Of a stretch of DNA of 56,709 nucleotides, positions 39,169 through 49,261 are shown one piece after another. The stretch is from positions 1 to 56,709 of the forward strand of contig JBJKRP010000148.1 of NCBI GenBank assembly GCA_046704565.1, in the 5' to 3' direction. The notes below the pieces were generated by a model. It searched no databases, was not told the DNA's origin, and saw nothing but the letters and a program-made list of their open reading frames with translations. Every line of letters starts with the position of its first letter. Positions within the stretch are counted from its first letter, which is position 1. The stretch is from Ignavibacteriaceae bacterium. GTDB taxonomy: Bacteria; Bacteroidota; Ignavibacteria; Ignavibacteriales; Ignavibacteriaceae. The translations under genes and the position numbers were made by a program.

Positions 39169-39891
39169 ATGTTTAAAATAATTATTTCATCTTTAGTCCT
39201 TTTATTTATAATTGGCTGCGCGCCTGTGCCGGTTTACAGACTAAATTCTATAGAAAAAAACAAAGACTTTTATAACGGTATGGAGACAGTAATGAGAAAT
39301 GATTCAACTGCCAGAATAATGTTGAGATTCGATAATCAGTCACAATATAATTATGCATTTTATCTTTCGGTTACGAATAATACTTCGGGAGACATAGTGT
39401 TTGACCCCAAAAATATCTATTCTGAAAAGGCTGAAGGCAGCGAAGAACAGTCAGATGAAAAATTTTTCGCGATAAATCCTGAAGAGAAATTAAGAAACAT
39501 CGACCACGATATAAATGGAACCATTGCTCAGAAAAAGACTGATGACGGAATAAATCTTTTCATTGGCTTTTTAGATTTAGCCTCTACGGTAGCAACAATC
39601 GGAAAGGAAAAGTCTGACGAAGAAATTCAGAAGCAACAGGAAACAAGAGAAGATTTCTACCAGACAGTGAATAATGAAAATATAGATTTCAATAATAAAA
39701 TGAATTCTCTAAAGGATGAAAAAGTATATTGGGAAGAAAGAGTTTTAAGAATTACTACACTCTATTCGGGGGACGAAATAGACGGAGAAGTTTTTCTTCC
39801 GATAATTCCCGGCGCAGATACAGTAAAAATTGTAGTACCGGTGGCTGGAAGAGAATACAATTTTCTATTCAAACAAACTTGTTCTGATTAA
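39169..39891 (+). CDS. Hypothetical lipoprotein
   Basis: Lipobox LLFIIGC after a hydrophobic signal sequence. No other motif. Confidence 0.5.
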   Translation: MFKIIISSLVLLFIIGCAPVPVYRLNSIEKNKDFYNGMETVMRNDSTARIMLRFDNQSQYNYAFYLSVTNNTSGDIVFDPKNIYSEKAEGSEEQSDEKFFAINPEEKLRNIDHDINGTIAQKKTDDGINLFIGFLDLASTVATIGKEKSDEEIQKQQETREDFYQTVNNENIDFNNKMNSLKDEKVYWEERVLRITTLYSGDEIDGEVFLPIIPGADTVKIVVPVAGREYNFLFKQTCSD

Positions 39892-39894
39892 TAT

Positions 39895-40782
39895 TTATCT
39901 CAAGAACAAAATTGCAACGCCGGCGACGGCTAAAACAGCCCCTCCTATTGCTCTCCAGTTTAGTCTTTCTTTATAAACATAATGCGCTATAGGCAGCATT
40001 ATAATCGGTGAGGTCGTCATCAACGTGGCTGCTATACCCACTTTAGCATGAGCTACTGCAAGAAGACTGAATGTTACTCCAAAATACGGACCTAATATTG
40101 TCCCGGTTAACGTGGATGTAAACGCCTTAACATCTCCTGATAATACCTTAACCGGATTTTTAAATCTCCCGGAAAGAATCATCATCGGAAGCAGAATAAT
40201 TACTGCCGAGGCTATTCTTATAAAAGAAGCTGCAAATCCGTTTATGTCGCCAAGGTTAAAAGCTTCTTTCGTAAATATCATGCCTACGGCTTGTCCAACG
40301 GCTCCGAGAATACCGAACAGAATTCCTATCTTGCTGATCTTGTATTTCCCGGAGGGAATTTCCTTCCGTTCAAAAACAACCAGCGTAACTCCGCCGATTG
40401 TAATAAAGATACCTGCTATTCCCCAGGACGTAATAATTTCTCCCAGGAAAATGAATGCAAGCAAGGCGCTTATCAGCGGAGTAAGCGACATCAGCAGCAT
40501 TCCGATTCTTGCACCTATATGCTGAAAAGCCTTAAAGAGAAACGAATCGCCAAAAACAAACCCGATGACTCCGCTTATTGCAAGGTTCATTATTTGCGGC
40601 GATGAAAGCTTCAAGCTTATTCCCAGCGCAAAAATTGTAATGAAAAGGAATATACCAGCAAGAATCAGCCGGAGGATATTTAGCTGCAGCGAGCCAAGCC
40701 GCTTCGACGCTTCCGTAAAGGCAAAAGAAGAGCCTGACCAGCAAAAGGCTGTTACAAGAGCAAATAGTTCGCCGATCAACAT
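39895..40782 (-). CDS. EamA/DMT-superfamily transporter
   Basis: 295 aa with about 10 TM helices in two internally similar halves, which is typical of EamA proteins. Confidence 0.75.
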   Translation of the reverse strand: MLIGELFALVTAFCWSGSSFAFTEASKRLGSLQLNILRLILAGIFLFITIFALGISLKLSSPQIMNLAISGVIGFVFGDSFLFKAFQHIGARIGMLLMSLTPLISALLAFIFLGEIITSWGIAGIFITIGGVTLVVFERKEIPSGKYKISKIGILFGILGAVGQAVGMIFTKEAFNLGDINGFAASFIRIASAVIILLPMMILSGRFKNPVKVLSGDVKAFTSTLTGTILGPYFGVTFSLLAVAHAKVGIAATLMTTSPIIMLPIAHYVYKERLNWRAIGGAVLAVAGVAILFLR

Positions 40783-40784
40783 TG

Positions 40785-41774
40785 TCAGGTATTCTCACTC
40801 CGTAAATTTTTTATCAGGTTAATTATGTCCCCGGGCAGCTCGGAATCGAATCTGACTAATTCTTTTGTACGGGGATGAATGAAACCGAGCGTCTTTGCAT
40901 GCAGCGCCTGACGAGTCATAACCTCGAGAAGATTTTGTACCCGGCTTTTCATCTTTGGAAGATTTGAGCCGTAGACAATTTGTCTGCCGCCGTAAGTTGC
41001 ATCACCGAACACCGGGTGATGTATGCTTGAAAGATGAACCCTGATTTGATGTGTTCTCCCGGTCTTCAAATTTATCTTTAACAAAGAAGCAAACTCAAAC
41101 TCTTCAAGTACCTCATAAAAAGTTATTGCAGTCTTGCCTTCGGAAGCGCTGACGGAAAATTTTTTTCTATCGGATTTGCTTCTGGCTATATTCAAATTTA
41201 TCTCACCTTTCTTTTCTTTAAACAATCCCCAGGCAACAGTCCAATATTCTCTTTCTATTGTATGTTTTGAAAATTGCTCGGCAAGCTTTGCATGTGTCCA
41301 GTCGTCCTTTGCTACTACGAGAAGTCCGCTGGTATCTTTATCTATACGGTGAACAATTCCCGGTCTGCCGGCTTCATGCAGATTGCTTAGCTTTTGAGAA
41401 TGATGCAGCAACGCATTAACAAGTGTGCCCGTATAGTTTGCAAAAGCCGGATGTGCAACCATACCTGCAGGCTTATTAACCACCAGAAGAAATTCATCCT
41501 CATAAACAATATCCAGCGCAATCTCTTCGGGCTCGGCTTCTTCCGGGTGTGGGGAAACAGGCACTGCTGCTTCAATAACATCGCCCGGAAGTACTTTGTA
41601 GCTCGGTTTTACAAATCCTCCGTCTACAGTAACCAGTTTAGCTTCGATCAGTTTCTGAACTTTGGTGCGTGTTGCATTTTCTATCTGGCTGGCAAGAAAG
41701 ATATCAAGGCGTTCCTTCTTTTTCCCTTCAGGAATTTTTATCCTGTACTTCTTTTCCGTTATCAGGTTCGCCAT
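40785..41774 (-). CDS. rluD: 23S rRNA pseudouridine synthase, RluD subfamily
   Basis: N-terminal S4 domain (ERLDIFLA...), catalytic HRIDKDTSGLLVVAK, and the RTHQIRVH motif. Confidence 0.9.
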   Translation of the reverse strand: MANLITEKKYRIKIPEGKKKERLDIFLASQIENATRTKVQKLIEAKLVTVDGGFVKPSYKVLPGDVIEAAVPVSPHPEEAEPEEIALDIVYEDEFLLVVNKPAGMVAHPAFANYTGTLVNALLHHSQKLSNLHEAGRPGIVHRIDKDTSGLLVVAKDDWTHAKLAEQFSKHTIEREYWTVAWGLFKEKKGEINLNIARSKSDRKKFSVSASEGKTAITFYEVLEEFEFASLLKINLKTGRTHQIRVHLSSIHHPVFGDATYGGRQIVYGSNLPKMKSRVQNLLEVMTRQALHAKTLGFIHPRTKELVRFDSELPGDIINLIKNLRSENT

Positions 41775-42465
41775 TGCTTAAATCATCTTTAGTTTCTTTC
41801 TTTCCGAACTCTCTAATTTCTCCGCTGCCGTTTCTTCCGGTCTCATCTTCAACATCTGACATGTCGTCTACTTCGGAATTTACATTTGAAGACGAGACGC
41901 CGACTTCAGGTTCAAGATATTCTTCCGTTTTATTTTGTCTATAAAAGAAGAGTAAAATTAAAACGCCGATTGTTACTGCCGCATCGGCAAAATTAAAAAT
42001 AGGCCAGCGGTCAAAGCTTCTTCCGAATAAACTGAAATTAAAAAAATCGAAATCAAGGAAGTCTACAACTCTGCCGTAAAACAGCGGGGCATAATGATAA
42101 AAGACTCCGTAGAACATTCTATCGATCAGGTTGCCGACCGCACCGCCAAGTATAAAAGCAATTGCAAGCCTTAGAGATAAGCTTTTCTTTCTGATAATAT
42201 AAAGATAAATAAGCAAGCCTATGCTGGCAACAAGAGAGAAGACCGAAACCCACAGCTTCATATCAATGCCCGGGTCAAAGCCGAAAGCCATTCCGGGATT
42301 TTCAATAAAGGTAAGCCTGAAGAAATTTCCTATGATCGGTATTCTTTCACCTTCATACATTCCCGCATAATGAAGATGCAGGAAAGGGATTGAAAATCCT
42401 TTTACAAGTAATTTCGAAGCCTGATCAATTATTACGATGGCAAGCGAGACAAATAAAATTCTCAA
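41728..42465 (-). CDS. lspA: Lipoprotein signal peptidase II paralog with acidic C-terminal extension
   Basis: GNLIDR and FNFAD (catalytic Asp motifs) are present. The start is TTG, 1 nt after the upstream lspA stop. The last roughly 70 aa are acidic and low-complexity, and the 3' end overlaps the rluD start by 47 nt. Confidence 0.75.
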   Translation of the reverse strand: MRILFVSLAIVIIDQASKLLVKGFSIPFLHLHYAGMYEGERIPIIGNFFRLTFIENPGMAFGFDPGIDMKLWVSVFSLVASIGLLIYLYIIRKKSLSLRLAIAFILGGAVGNLIDRMFYGVFYHYAPLFYGRVVDFLDFDFFNFSLFGRSFDRWPIFNFADAAVTIGVLILLFFYRQNKTEEYLEPEVGVSSSNVNSEVDDMSDVEDETGRNGSGEIREFGKKETKDDLSNGEPDNGKEVQDKNS

Positions 42466-42466
42466 T

Positions 42467-43057
42467 CTAATCCTTATTCTCAGCTAATAATTCTTCAACG
42501 CCGGCTTCCCCGGATTCAGCTCTCTTCTCTATACCAAGTATGATTAAAAAGCTGATGACTCCCGCAGTAACAGCAAAATCTGCAAAGTTAAAAACGTAAC
42601 TTCCGAAGACCCGGTTCAGAATAAATATATTAAAGAAGCGGATATTAAAGAAGTCAACTACATTTCCATAGAAAAGCGGCGCATATCCGTAAATGACTCC
42701 ATAGAAAATGCGGTCAATCAGGTTTCCAATAGCACCTCCCAGGATTAATGCGAGAGACAGTCTGAAGCCTAATGGCTTTGCCCTGCTTATAAAAATATAA
42801 ATGAATAAAGCTGCGCAAGCCACAAGCGAAAATAAAGGGATAAGAATTCTTATTGAGTTGCCGGGATCAATCCCGAATGCAATACCGGGATTTTCAACAA
42901 AGGCGATATTTAAATTATTACCGATCAAATGTATCCTTTGACCAATATCCATCCCTGACAAATTAATTTTTAGGAATGGAATTGAAATACCTTTCACTAC
43001 CAGCTTGGTTACCTGGTCTATTAGAACTACGATAAACGTAACGAAGAGTACTCTCAC
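42467..43057 (-). CDS. lspA: Lipoprotein signal peptidase II
   Basis: GTG start, with VENPGIAFG, GNLIDR and FNFAD. 196 aa. Confidence 0.85.
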   Translation of the reverse strand: MRVLFVTFIVVLIDQVTKLVVKGISIPFLKINLSGMDIGQRIHLIGNNLNIAFVENPGIAFGIDPGNSIRILIPLFSLVACAALFIYIFISRAKPLGFRLSLALILGGAIGNLIDRIFYGVIYGYAPLFYGNVVDFFNIRFFNIFILNRVFGSYVFNFADFAVTAGVISFLIILGIEKRAESGEAGVEELLAENKD

Positions 43058-43243
43058 AGAATTCCTATTGAATTCATAAATAACTTTTCTTCAAATAAAC
43101 TTTAGACAAATACCCCCGTATTATTAAACGGAATGACGGAATATTGCAATGATGGAGAAAGATTGGATACACCACGCACCTATTCCATAATTCCAATAAC
43201 CCATCACTCCAAAGTAAACTTAGAATGGACCGGCAAATACAGG

Positions 43244-43990
43244 TTACCGCTTCTCCTGTCTCTGCTTTATCGGAAGACAAAGCTGGCTGTGAGGAACTGC
43301 TTCCAGCCTCGCTTTCGGAATAAGCGGACACGTCTCACACAGGTGCTGCGGTTCTTCGATACACTCTATACAAATTCCGTATGTTCCGGCGTCTATTCTC
43401 TTAAGTGCGTCTTCGAGATATCCCAAGAACTTGTTTTCTCTCTGTGCGTACAAAAAGGTCTTCTCTCTTTCCATGGCATCAGTTCCCTGTTCCGCCATGT
43501 GAAGAGAATACGGTGAATTTTCATTTATATATTCGCCCGTAGTAGGGTCAAGCATCTGTTCCTTTAAGTTCTGAAGCTGTTCGATTATCTCATCGCGCTT
43601 CGCTAAAATTATTTCTCTAAAATGTTCTAAGTCTTTTTGACCGTACCCCTTAATTTTAACTACCGGTTTTACTTTTTCCACAACAATAGTCTGGGTTTCC
43701 TTCACTTCAACTGTTTCTTTTACTGCTACCTTCTTCCTTGGCATTTCTTTCTTTAATCCTGTCTTTCTTTCTATAGGTTTCTTTTTAATTAATTTCTTTT
43801 TCACACTCTTGGTTTTCTTTACAACAGCAGCCTTCTTAACAACTTTTTTTACAGCAGCTTTTGCGGCACTCTTTTTAACGGGTGTCGGACTTTTCTTCTT
43901 AACAACTTTTTTCGGCTGTGTATTTTTCTTTGCAGCCTTAACAGTTGCCTTCTTTGCCGCGGTTTTTTTAGTAGTAGATTTTTTAGCCAT
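43244..43990 (-). CDS. DksA/TraR-family zinc-finger protein with Lys/Ala-rich histone-H1-like N-terminal extension
   Basis: The C-terminal ...AGTYGICIECIEEPQHLCETCPLIPKARLEAVPHSQLC matches the TraR/DksA pattern CxxC..IPxxRLxAxP...C. The first roughly 110 aa are KKxxAKK repeats. The gene sits between ileS and lspA. Confidence 0.7.
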   Translation of the reverse strand: MAKKSTTKKTAAKKATVKAAKKNTQPKKVVKKKSPTPVKKSAAKAAVKKVVKKAAVVKKTKSVKKKLIKKKPIERKTGLKKEMPRKKVAVKETVEVKETQTIVVEKVKPVVKIKGYGQKDLEHFREIILAKRDEIIEQLQNLKEQMLDPTTGEYINENSPYSLHMAEQGTDAMEREKTFLYAQRENKFLGYLEDALKRIDAGTYGICIECIEEPQHLCETCPLIPKARLEAVPHSQLCLPIKQRQEKR

Positions 43991-44006
43991 AATGGTCTCC
44001 TTTTTA

Positions 44007-47000
44007 TTAGGGATTAACCTTTTCTATGTGGATTGAACAATTATATTCGCCTATCTGCCATTCTTGATTATATCCGCCGTTAAGACGGGCTTCATTAACA
44101 AGCTGCTCTGCCAGCGTCTCGTTTGAGATATAATCATTAAAAATCATTATCGCGTCAACAAGATTTTTGCTGCCGTTAAATTTTATTTTAATTCTGTCTG
44201 TAACTTCAAAGCCGGCATCCTTTCTCATATTCTGAACCCGGTTTACAAACTCTCTTGCCAGCCCTTCGTTTATCAATTCACCGCTTAACTCCGTATCGAG
44301 AGCAACCGTTACGCCCTCTTCTGCTTCGACAATCCAGCCTGTTATTTCGGAGCTTATAATCTCAACGTCGTCTCTCGTAATGTTTATCTGTTCGCCTTCA
44401 ATTTGAATCTTTACTTCGCCGCCTTTTTCAACCGTACTTATTTCATCCTTACCAAAATTCTTAATCGCATCGGCAACCGGGTTAACCTTCTTGCCGAACT
44501 TCGGTCCGATCGATTTAAAGTTTGCCTTTGCCGTTTTGCTTACAATTCCCGAATCGTCTGCAAGAACTTCAAGCTCTTTAACATTTATCTCATCCAGGAT
44601 TACTTCTTTCATCTTTCCAAGAGCTTCTCTTTTTTCTTTATCGACAACAACCATTATTTTCTTCAGCGGCTGCCTTACCTTCAAATTATTCTTCGCTCTC
44701 ATCGCCCTTGTAAGATATACAACTTTCTGAGCAATTTCCATTTTTTCTTCAAGTTCTTTTTCAAAATATGAAGGTCCCGGAAACTCCGTCAGGTGTACCG
44801 ATTCAATTTTTTCTTTTTTCGTGACAGAGTTCAAATTTTGATAAAGCTCTTCGGATATAAACGGCGCAAATGGCGAAGTAAGCTTTGCTGCTGCTACCAG
44901 GCATTCATACAAAGTTTGATAAGCCGAAAGCTTATTCTCATTCATCTCGGATTTCCAGAACCGCCTCCTGCATCTTCTAACATACCAGTTTGATAGATGA
45001 TCGATCGTAAAATCTGAAACCGCGCGGGCAGCCTTTGTTACATCATAATCGTCCATCAGCTTTTTATAGTCGGCAATTAACGAGTTCAGCTTCGAAATAA
45101 TCCAGCGGTCAATCTCCGGTCTCTTTTCGTAAGGAACGGAGGTTTCCGCAAATTCAAACCCGTCTATATTAGCATAAAGTGCGAAGAAGGAATAAGTGTT
45201 AACCAGCGTTCCGAAAAACTTACGCTGAACTTCAATAAGACCGTCTTCATCAAACAGAGTAGGACGCCAGGGCGGGCTGTTCGTTACAAGATACCATCTG
45301 GTTGCATCTGCGCCGTACTTATCAAACAGCACAAACGGGTCGACCGTGTTGCCGCGCGACTTGGACATCTTCAGTCCCTTCTTGTCCAATATCAGTTCGT
45401 TTACAATTATATTTTTGAAAGCTACGCTGTCGAAAAGCATAGTCGCTATCGCGTGCAGCGTATAGAACCAGCCTCTCGTCTGGTCAATTCCTTCGCAGAT
45501 AAAGTCAGCCGGGAAAGAATGCTTCTCAAACAGTTCCTTATTTTCAAACGGATAATGATATTGAGCGAAAGGCATTGATCCTGAATCGAACCAGACGTCT
45601 ATCAGCTCAGGAGTTCGTTTATAAATTTTCCCGTTCTTCTCATAGAAGATTTTATCAACGAAAGGTTTGTGAAGATCGATGTCCGCAATATCCTTTACGT
45701 AAACTCTCTTGCCGTCTTCTTCAACGAAGCCTTGCTTTAATTCTTCAACACTTCCGACAGCAAACATATCGCCGTCATCGCTCACCCAGATCGGCAGCGG
45801 CGTCGCCCAGAATCTGTCGCGCGATAAAGCCCAGTCCTTATTTTCTTCAAGCCAGTTACCAAAACGTCCAGAGCCTACTTCGGGCGGCTGCCAATTAATA
45901 GTCTTGTTAAGTTCAACCATTCTACCGGCAACCGATGTTGTTCGTATGAACCACGACTCGCGAGCATAATAAATAACCGGAACATTTTCATGACGCCAGC
46001 TAAAAGGATAAGAGTGAGTTATTGTTTCTTTCCTGAAAAGCTTTCCCTCTTCCTTCATCTTCTGAATGATTCCCTTGTCCGCATCCTTCACAAACTGACC
46101 TGCAAAGTCGGTTACTTCCGGAGTAAACAAGCCGCCCCTCGTTACCGGTTGAAGCATAGGAAGATCGTATTGCTTGGAAAGATCATAATCGTCGGCTCCA
46201 AATGCCGGCGCGATGTGAACAATGCCTGATCCGTCCTCCGTGCTGACAAAGTCTCCGAGACATACGAAGAATGCCTTCTTGTCTGCTTTTAAATAATCGA
46301 AGAACTGCTCGTATTCAATCTTCTCTAAATCTTTGCCTTTCATTTCTTCGATGACTTCATATTCGCCGTCGATAACCGATAGACGTTCCTTGGCAAGAAT
46401 AATCTTTTTGCCGTTGTGGTTTATCTTAACGTAGTCAACGTCCTTGCCTACTGCAAGAGCAACGTTGGAAATAAGAGTCCAGGGAGTTGTAGTCCAGACT
46501 AAAAAGTATTCGTCCTTATTTTTAATTTTAAAAAGCACATAAACGGAGGGATCTTTCGTCTCCCGGTAGCCAAGGGCAAGCTCGTGCGAAGAAAGGACTG
46601 TTTCCGACTTGGGATCTTGCGGAACAATCTTATAATCCTTATAGATCAATCCTTTATCGAAGAGCGTTTTTAGCGCCCACCAGACGGATTCGATGTAATC
46701 ATTTTTCAGAGTAATGTATGCGGATTTCAGATCGACCCAGTAGCCCATCCGGGTTGTCATCTTTTCCCAGAGATCAAGATAGGTAAAAACAGATTCACGG
46801 CATGCCTGGTTATATTTTTCTACTCCGTATTCAAGCACTTCGCTCTTATGCTTAATGCCGATCTTTTTCTCAACTTCAATTTCTACGGGGAGCCCGTGGG
46901 TATCCCATCCGCCTTTTCTCTCTACACGAAATCCCTGGAGTGTCTTATAACGGCAGACAAGGTCCTTCAGCGTTCTCGCCATTACATGGTGAATTCCCGG

Positions 47001-47162
47001 TTTGCCGTTTGCCGTCGGCGGTCCTTCGTAAAATGTAAACGGTTTATTTTCATCTCTTGTAGAGATGCTTTTCTGGAAAATTTTATTGTCTTCCCAGAAC
47101 TTTAATATCTTCTCTTCAATTTCAGGATAATTTATTTTTTCTAAGTTTTGCTTAAACATCAA
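44007..47162 (-). CDS. ileS: Isoleucine--tRNA ligase
   Basis: 1051 aa with a HIGH-region PPTANGKPGIHH, KMSKSRGN, and a CP1 editing domain. Confidence 0.97.
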   Translation of the reverse strand: MMFKQNLEKINYPEIEEKILKFWEDNKIFQKSISTRDENKPFTFYEGPPTANGKPGIHHVMARTLKDLVCRYKTLQGFRVERKGGWDTHGLPVEIEVEKKIGIKHKSEVLEYGVEKYNQACRESVFTYLDLWEKMTTRMGYWVDLKSAYITLKNDYIESVWWALKTLFDKGLIYKDYKIVPQDPKSETVLSSHELALGYRETKDPSVYVLFKIKNKDEYFLVWTTTPWTLISNVALAVGKDVDYVKINHNGKKIILAKERLSVIDGEYEVIEEMKGKDLEKIEYEQFFDYLKADKKAFFVCLGDFVSTEDGSGIVHIAPAFGADDYDLSKQYDLPMLQPVTRGGLFTPEVTDFAGQFVKDADKGIIQKMKEEGKLFRKETITHSYPFSWRHENVPVIYYARESWFIRTTSVAGRMVELNKTINWQPPEVGSGRFGNWLEENKDWALSRDRFWATPLPIWVSDDGDMFAVGSVEELKQGFVEEDGKRVYVKDIADIDLHKPFVDKIFYEKNGKIYKRTPELIDVWFDSGSMPFAQYHYPFENKELFEKHSFPADFICEGIDQTRGWFYTLHAIATMLFDSVAFKNIIVNELILDKKGLKMSKSRGNTVDPFVLFDKYGADATRWYLVTNSPPWRPTLFDEDGLIEVQRKFFGTLVNTYSFFALYANIDGFEFAETSVPYEKRPEIDRWIISKLNSLIADYKKLMDDYDVTKAARAVSDFTIDHLSNWYVRRCRRRFWKSEMNENKLSAYQTLYECLVAAAKLTSPFAPFISEELYQNLNSVTKKEKIESVHLTEFPGPSYFEKELEEKMEIAQKVVYLTRAMRAKNNLKVRQPLKKIMVVVDKEKREALGKMKEVILDEINVKELEVLADDSGIVSKTAKANFKSIGPKFGKKVNPVADAIKNFGKDEISTVEKGGEVKIQIEGEQINITRDDVEIISSEITGWIVEAEEGVTVALDTELSGELINEGLAREFVNRVQNMRKDAGFEVTDRIKIKFNGSKNLVDAIMIFNDYISNETLAEQLVNEARLNGGYNQEWQIGEYNCSIHIEKVNP

Positions 47163-47281
47163 CGCACTAAAATTACATTAGGATTAAATACTTTTTAATA
47201 AATAAAATTTTCTAGCTTAAAACCCGACCGGCATGATTGAATGATGGTCATACAGCCTACGTCCATACAATCATGCTGTGT

Positions 47282-47896
47282 TCAGTCTATATTTTCATAT
47301 TTCTTTATCAATTCTTTCTCAGCCTGAATAAACTCTTTGAGTTCTCTTTCAATTCTTTCCTTTTTAAGAATCGTATTCTTCGCGCTCAGCTCGGCGTCCG
47401 CAACAATCTTTTGTGCAGTTAGCTTTGCCTCTCTAAGCTCAAGTTCGGCTTCTTTCTTAAAGTCCTTTGAGACATCTTCGTAAGTCTTAATCTTTTCCCT
47501 GGCAACAAAAAGATCTTTCTGAAGAGTAAGAATTTCTACAACAGCCATCCCGAAAAATGCCATCGCGCCGAGAGTTATATCGCGAAGGCTGTACAGGATC
47601 AGGTTCTCTGTCAGCAGATCGTTCGCGGCAAAATAATCGCGGAAGAAAGAGATCATCAATACACTGATAATTGTAACTGACACTATCATTGCAAACACAA
47701 CCTTTCCGCCGTACCGCCAGCCAAGTGTTTTGTTAATAAACCAGCCGCAGGCAAAACACAATACTGACAGGACAAACCAGACCGTAAAGTTGTTTCCGCC
47801 GAACTTAAAAAAATCGGTATTAAGGAAATTTGATGCGAACATTAAAACGCAGAGCAGAGCCGGCGTAAAATAATTTAAGAGCCTCTTCATTTCCAT
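47282..47896 (-). CDS. Membrane protein (4 TM) with C-terminal coiled coil, hypothetical
   Basis: Four hydrophobic helices followed by a charged heptad-like tail (KEAELELREAKLTAQKIVADAELSAK). Confidence 0.5.
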   Translation of the reverse strand: MEMKRLLNYFTPALLCVLMFASNFLNTDFFKFGGNNFTVWFVLSVLCFACGWFINKTLGWRYGGKVVFAMIVSVTIISVLMISFFRDYFAANDLLTENLILYSLRDITLGAMAFFGMAVVEILTLQKDLFVAREKIKTYEDVSKDFKKEAELELREAKLTAQKIVADAELSAKNTILKKERIERELKEFIQAEKELIKKYENID

Positions 47897-48718
47897 CTAC
47901 AGCCTCTTAATAACTTCTTTCATAATCAGCGTCATTCTCGGTTCGGCTTCCATTGCGGCAGCAATAATTTCATTCACATCGGCAGGCTTCAGTGAATCCG
48001 GGAAACATTCATCTGTTATAATACTGATTCCAAGCACTTTCAAGCCCATGTGGTTGGCAACAATATTTTCCGGGATGGTTGACATACCTACTACGTCCGC
48101 ACCTGTTGCGCGTAAGAACCTGTATTCGGCTTTTGTCTCAAGGTTTGGTCCGGGAACCGCTACGTAAACGCCCTTTTGAACTTTAACTTTATTTTCAAGA
48201 GCAACTTGTTCGGCAAGCTTTATTAGTTCAAGGCTATACGGCTCGCTCATATCGGGAAAGCGCGGTCCGAGCTCGTCTTCGTTCCTTCCGATAAGCGGGT
48301 TATCTCCGAGCAGATTTATGTGATCAACCATCAGCATAATATCTCCGCGCCTGTACAGCGGATTCATTCCTCCGCATGCATTCGATACAAGCAGCGACTT
48401 CACTCCCAGAAATTTCATTACCCTGACAGGAAAAGTTATCTGCTGCATCGTGTAGCCTTCGTAATAATGAAAGCGTCCCTGCATAGCCACAACTTTTTTC
48501 CCGTTAACCTCTCCAAATATCAATTTCCCTTTGTGAGATTCAACTGTAGATAAAGGGAAATGCGGAAGGTCTGCGTAATCGATCTCAAAATCAATTTTGA
48601 TTTCCTTAACCAGTCCGCCTAACCCTGTGCCTAAAATAATCCCAACGGGATAATCATCTTTTGTTTTGGTTCGAATGACCCTTAGGGTCTCATTTATTTT
48701 GTCGATTAAATCACTCAT
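47897..48718 (-). CDS. Purine nucleoside phosphorylase (trimeric PNP/MTAP family)
   Basis: ILGTGLG, GRFHYYEG, VGMSTIPE, and SNACGGMNP. Confidence 0.9.
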   Translation of the reverse strand: MSDLIDKINETLRVIRTKTKDDYPVGIILGTGLGGLVKEIKIDFEIDYADLPHFPLSTVESHKGKLIFGEVNGKKVVAMQGRFHYYEGYTMQQITFPVRVMKFLGVKSLLVSNACGGMNPLYRRGDIMLMVDHINLLGDNPLIGRNEDELGPRFPDMSEPYSLELIKLAEQVALENKVKVQKGVYVAVPGPNLETKAEYRFLRATGADVVGMSTIPENIVANHMGLKVLGISIITDECFPDSLKPADVNEIIAAAMEAEPRMTLIMKEVIKRL

Positions 48719-48724
48719 TGATCT

Positions 48725-49261
48725 TTATAAAAGTTTATTGACAATATCATCGATGTTTACCTCCATCCTGGCAGCCTGTTCAGGAGTTTTTACTTCCACG
48801 GCTTCTTCGCCTGCATCTTCAACTTTTATTTCCAGAAGACGCGACTGGGAACCGATTATCGACTTTAAATTCGCTACGATTAAATCTCTTTCTTCTCTTA
48901 AGTTAATTACTGCGTTGCGTATCTCGTTCGCATTCTCTCTTGCTTTCTCAAGTATCTGAGAAGCCTTTATCTCTGCTTCCTTAAGCATCAGGTTTGCCTG
49001 CTTTTTTGTCGACTCAATCGACTTGGTAGAAGATTCCTGTGCTTTCAGCAAAGTATCCTGCAGGTTCTTTTCGATCTTTCTGAACTCGGAAACTTTCGTC
49101 TTTGCTTCTTCGAGCTCGGATTTCAGAGTTTCATTTTCTTTCTGAAGCAAATCGAATTCGTCAGCCAGCTTGTCCAGGAAAGCCTGCACTTCATCTTTGT
49201 CGTAGCCTCTTACCGACTTGCTGAATTCCTGTCTCTTAATATTTAAAGGAGAAAACTTCAT
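48725..49261 (-). CDS. DivIVA-domain protein
   Basis: The N-terminus LNIKRQEFSKSVRGYDKDEVQAFLD is the DivIVA signature, followed by a coiled coil. Confidence 0.8.
   Translation of the reverse strand: MKFSPLNIKRQEFSKSVRGYDKDEVQAFLDKLADEFDLLQKENETLKSELEEAKTKVSEFRKIEKNLQDTLLKAQESSTKSIESTKKQANLMLKEAEIKASQILEKARENANEIRNAVINLREERDLIVANLKSIIGSQSRLLEIKVEDAGEEAVEVKTPEQAARMEVNIDDIVNKLL

Noticed and set aside
43074-43516. Two ORFs (85 aa minus strand, 127 aa plus strand) in and near the gap between lspA and the DksA-like gene.
   Set aside because: They partly overlap the DksA/TraR-like CDS or are antisense to it, and they have no RBS or motifs. The same reasoning applies to the many antisense ORFs inside groEL, ileS, the AAA+ gene and the kinases.
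47231-47276. 9-bp stem GCATGATTG/CAATCATGC between the coiled-coil membrane gene and ileS.
   Set aside because: The loop is large (28 nt) and the U-run is displaced by 9 nt. It is a plausible terminator but weak.
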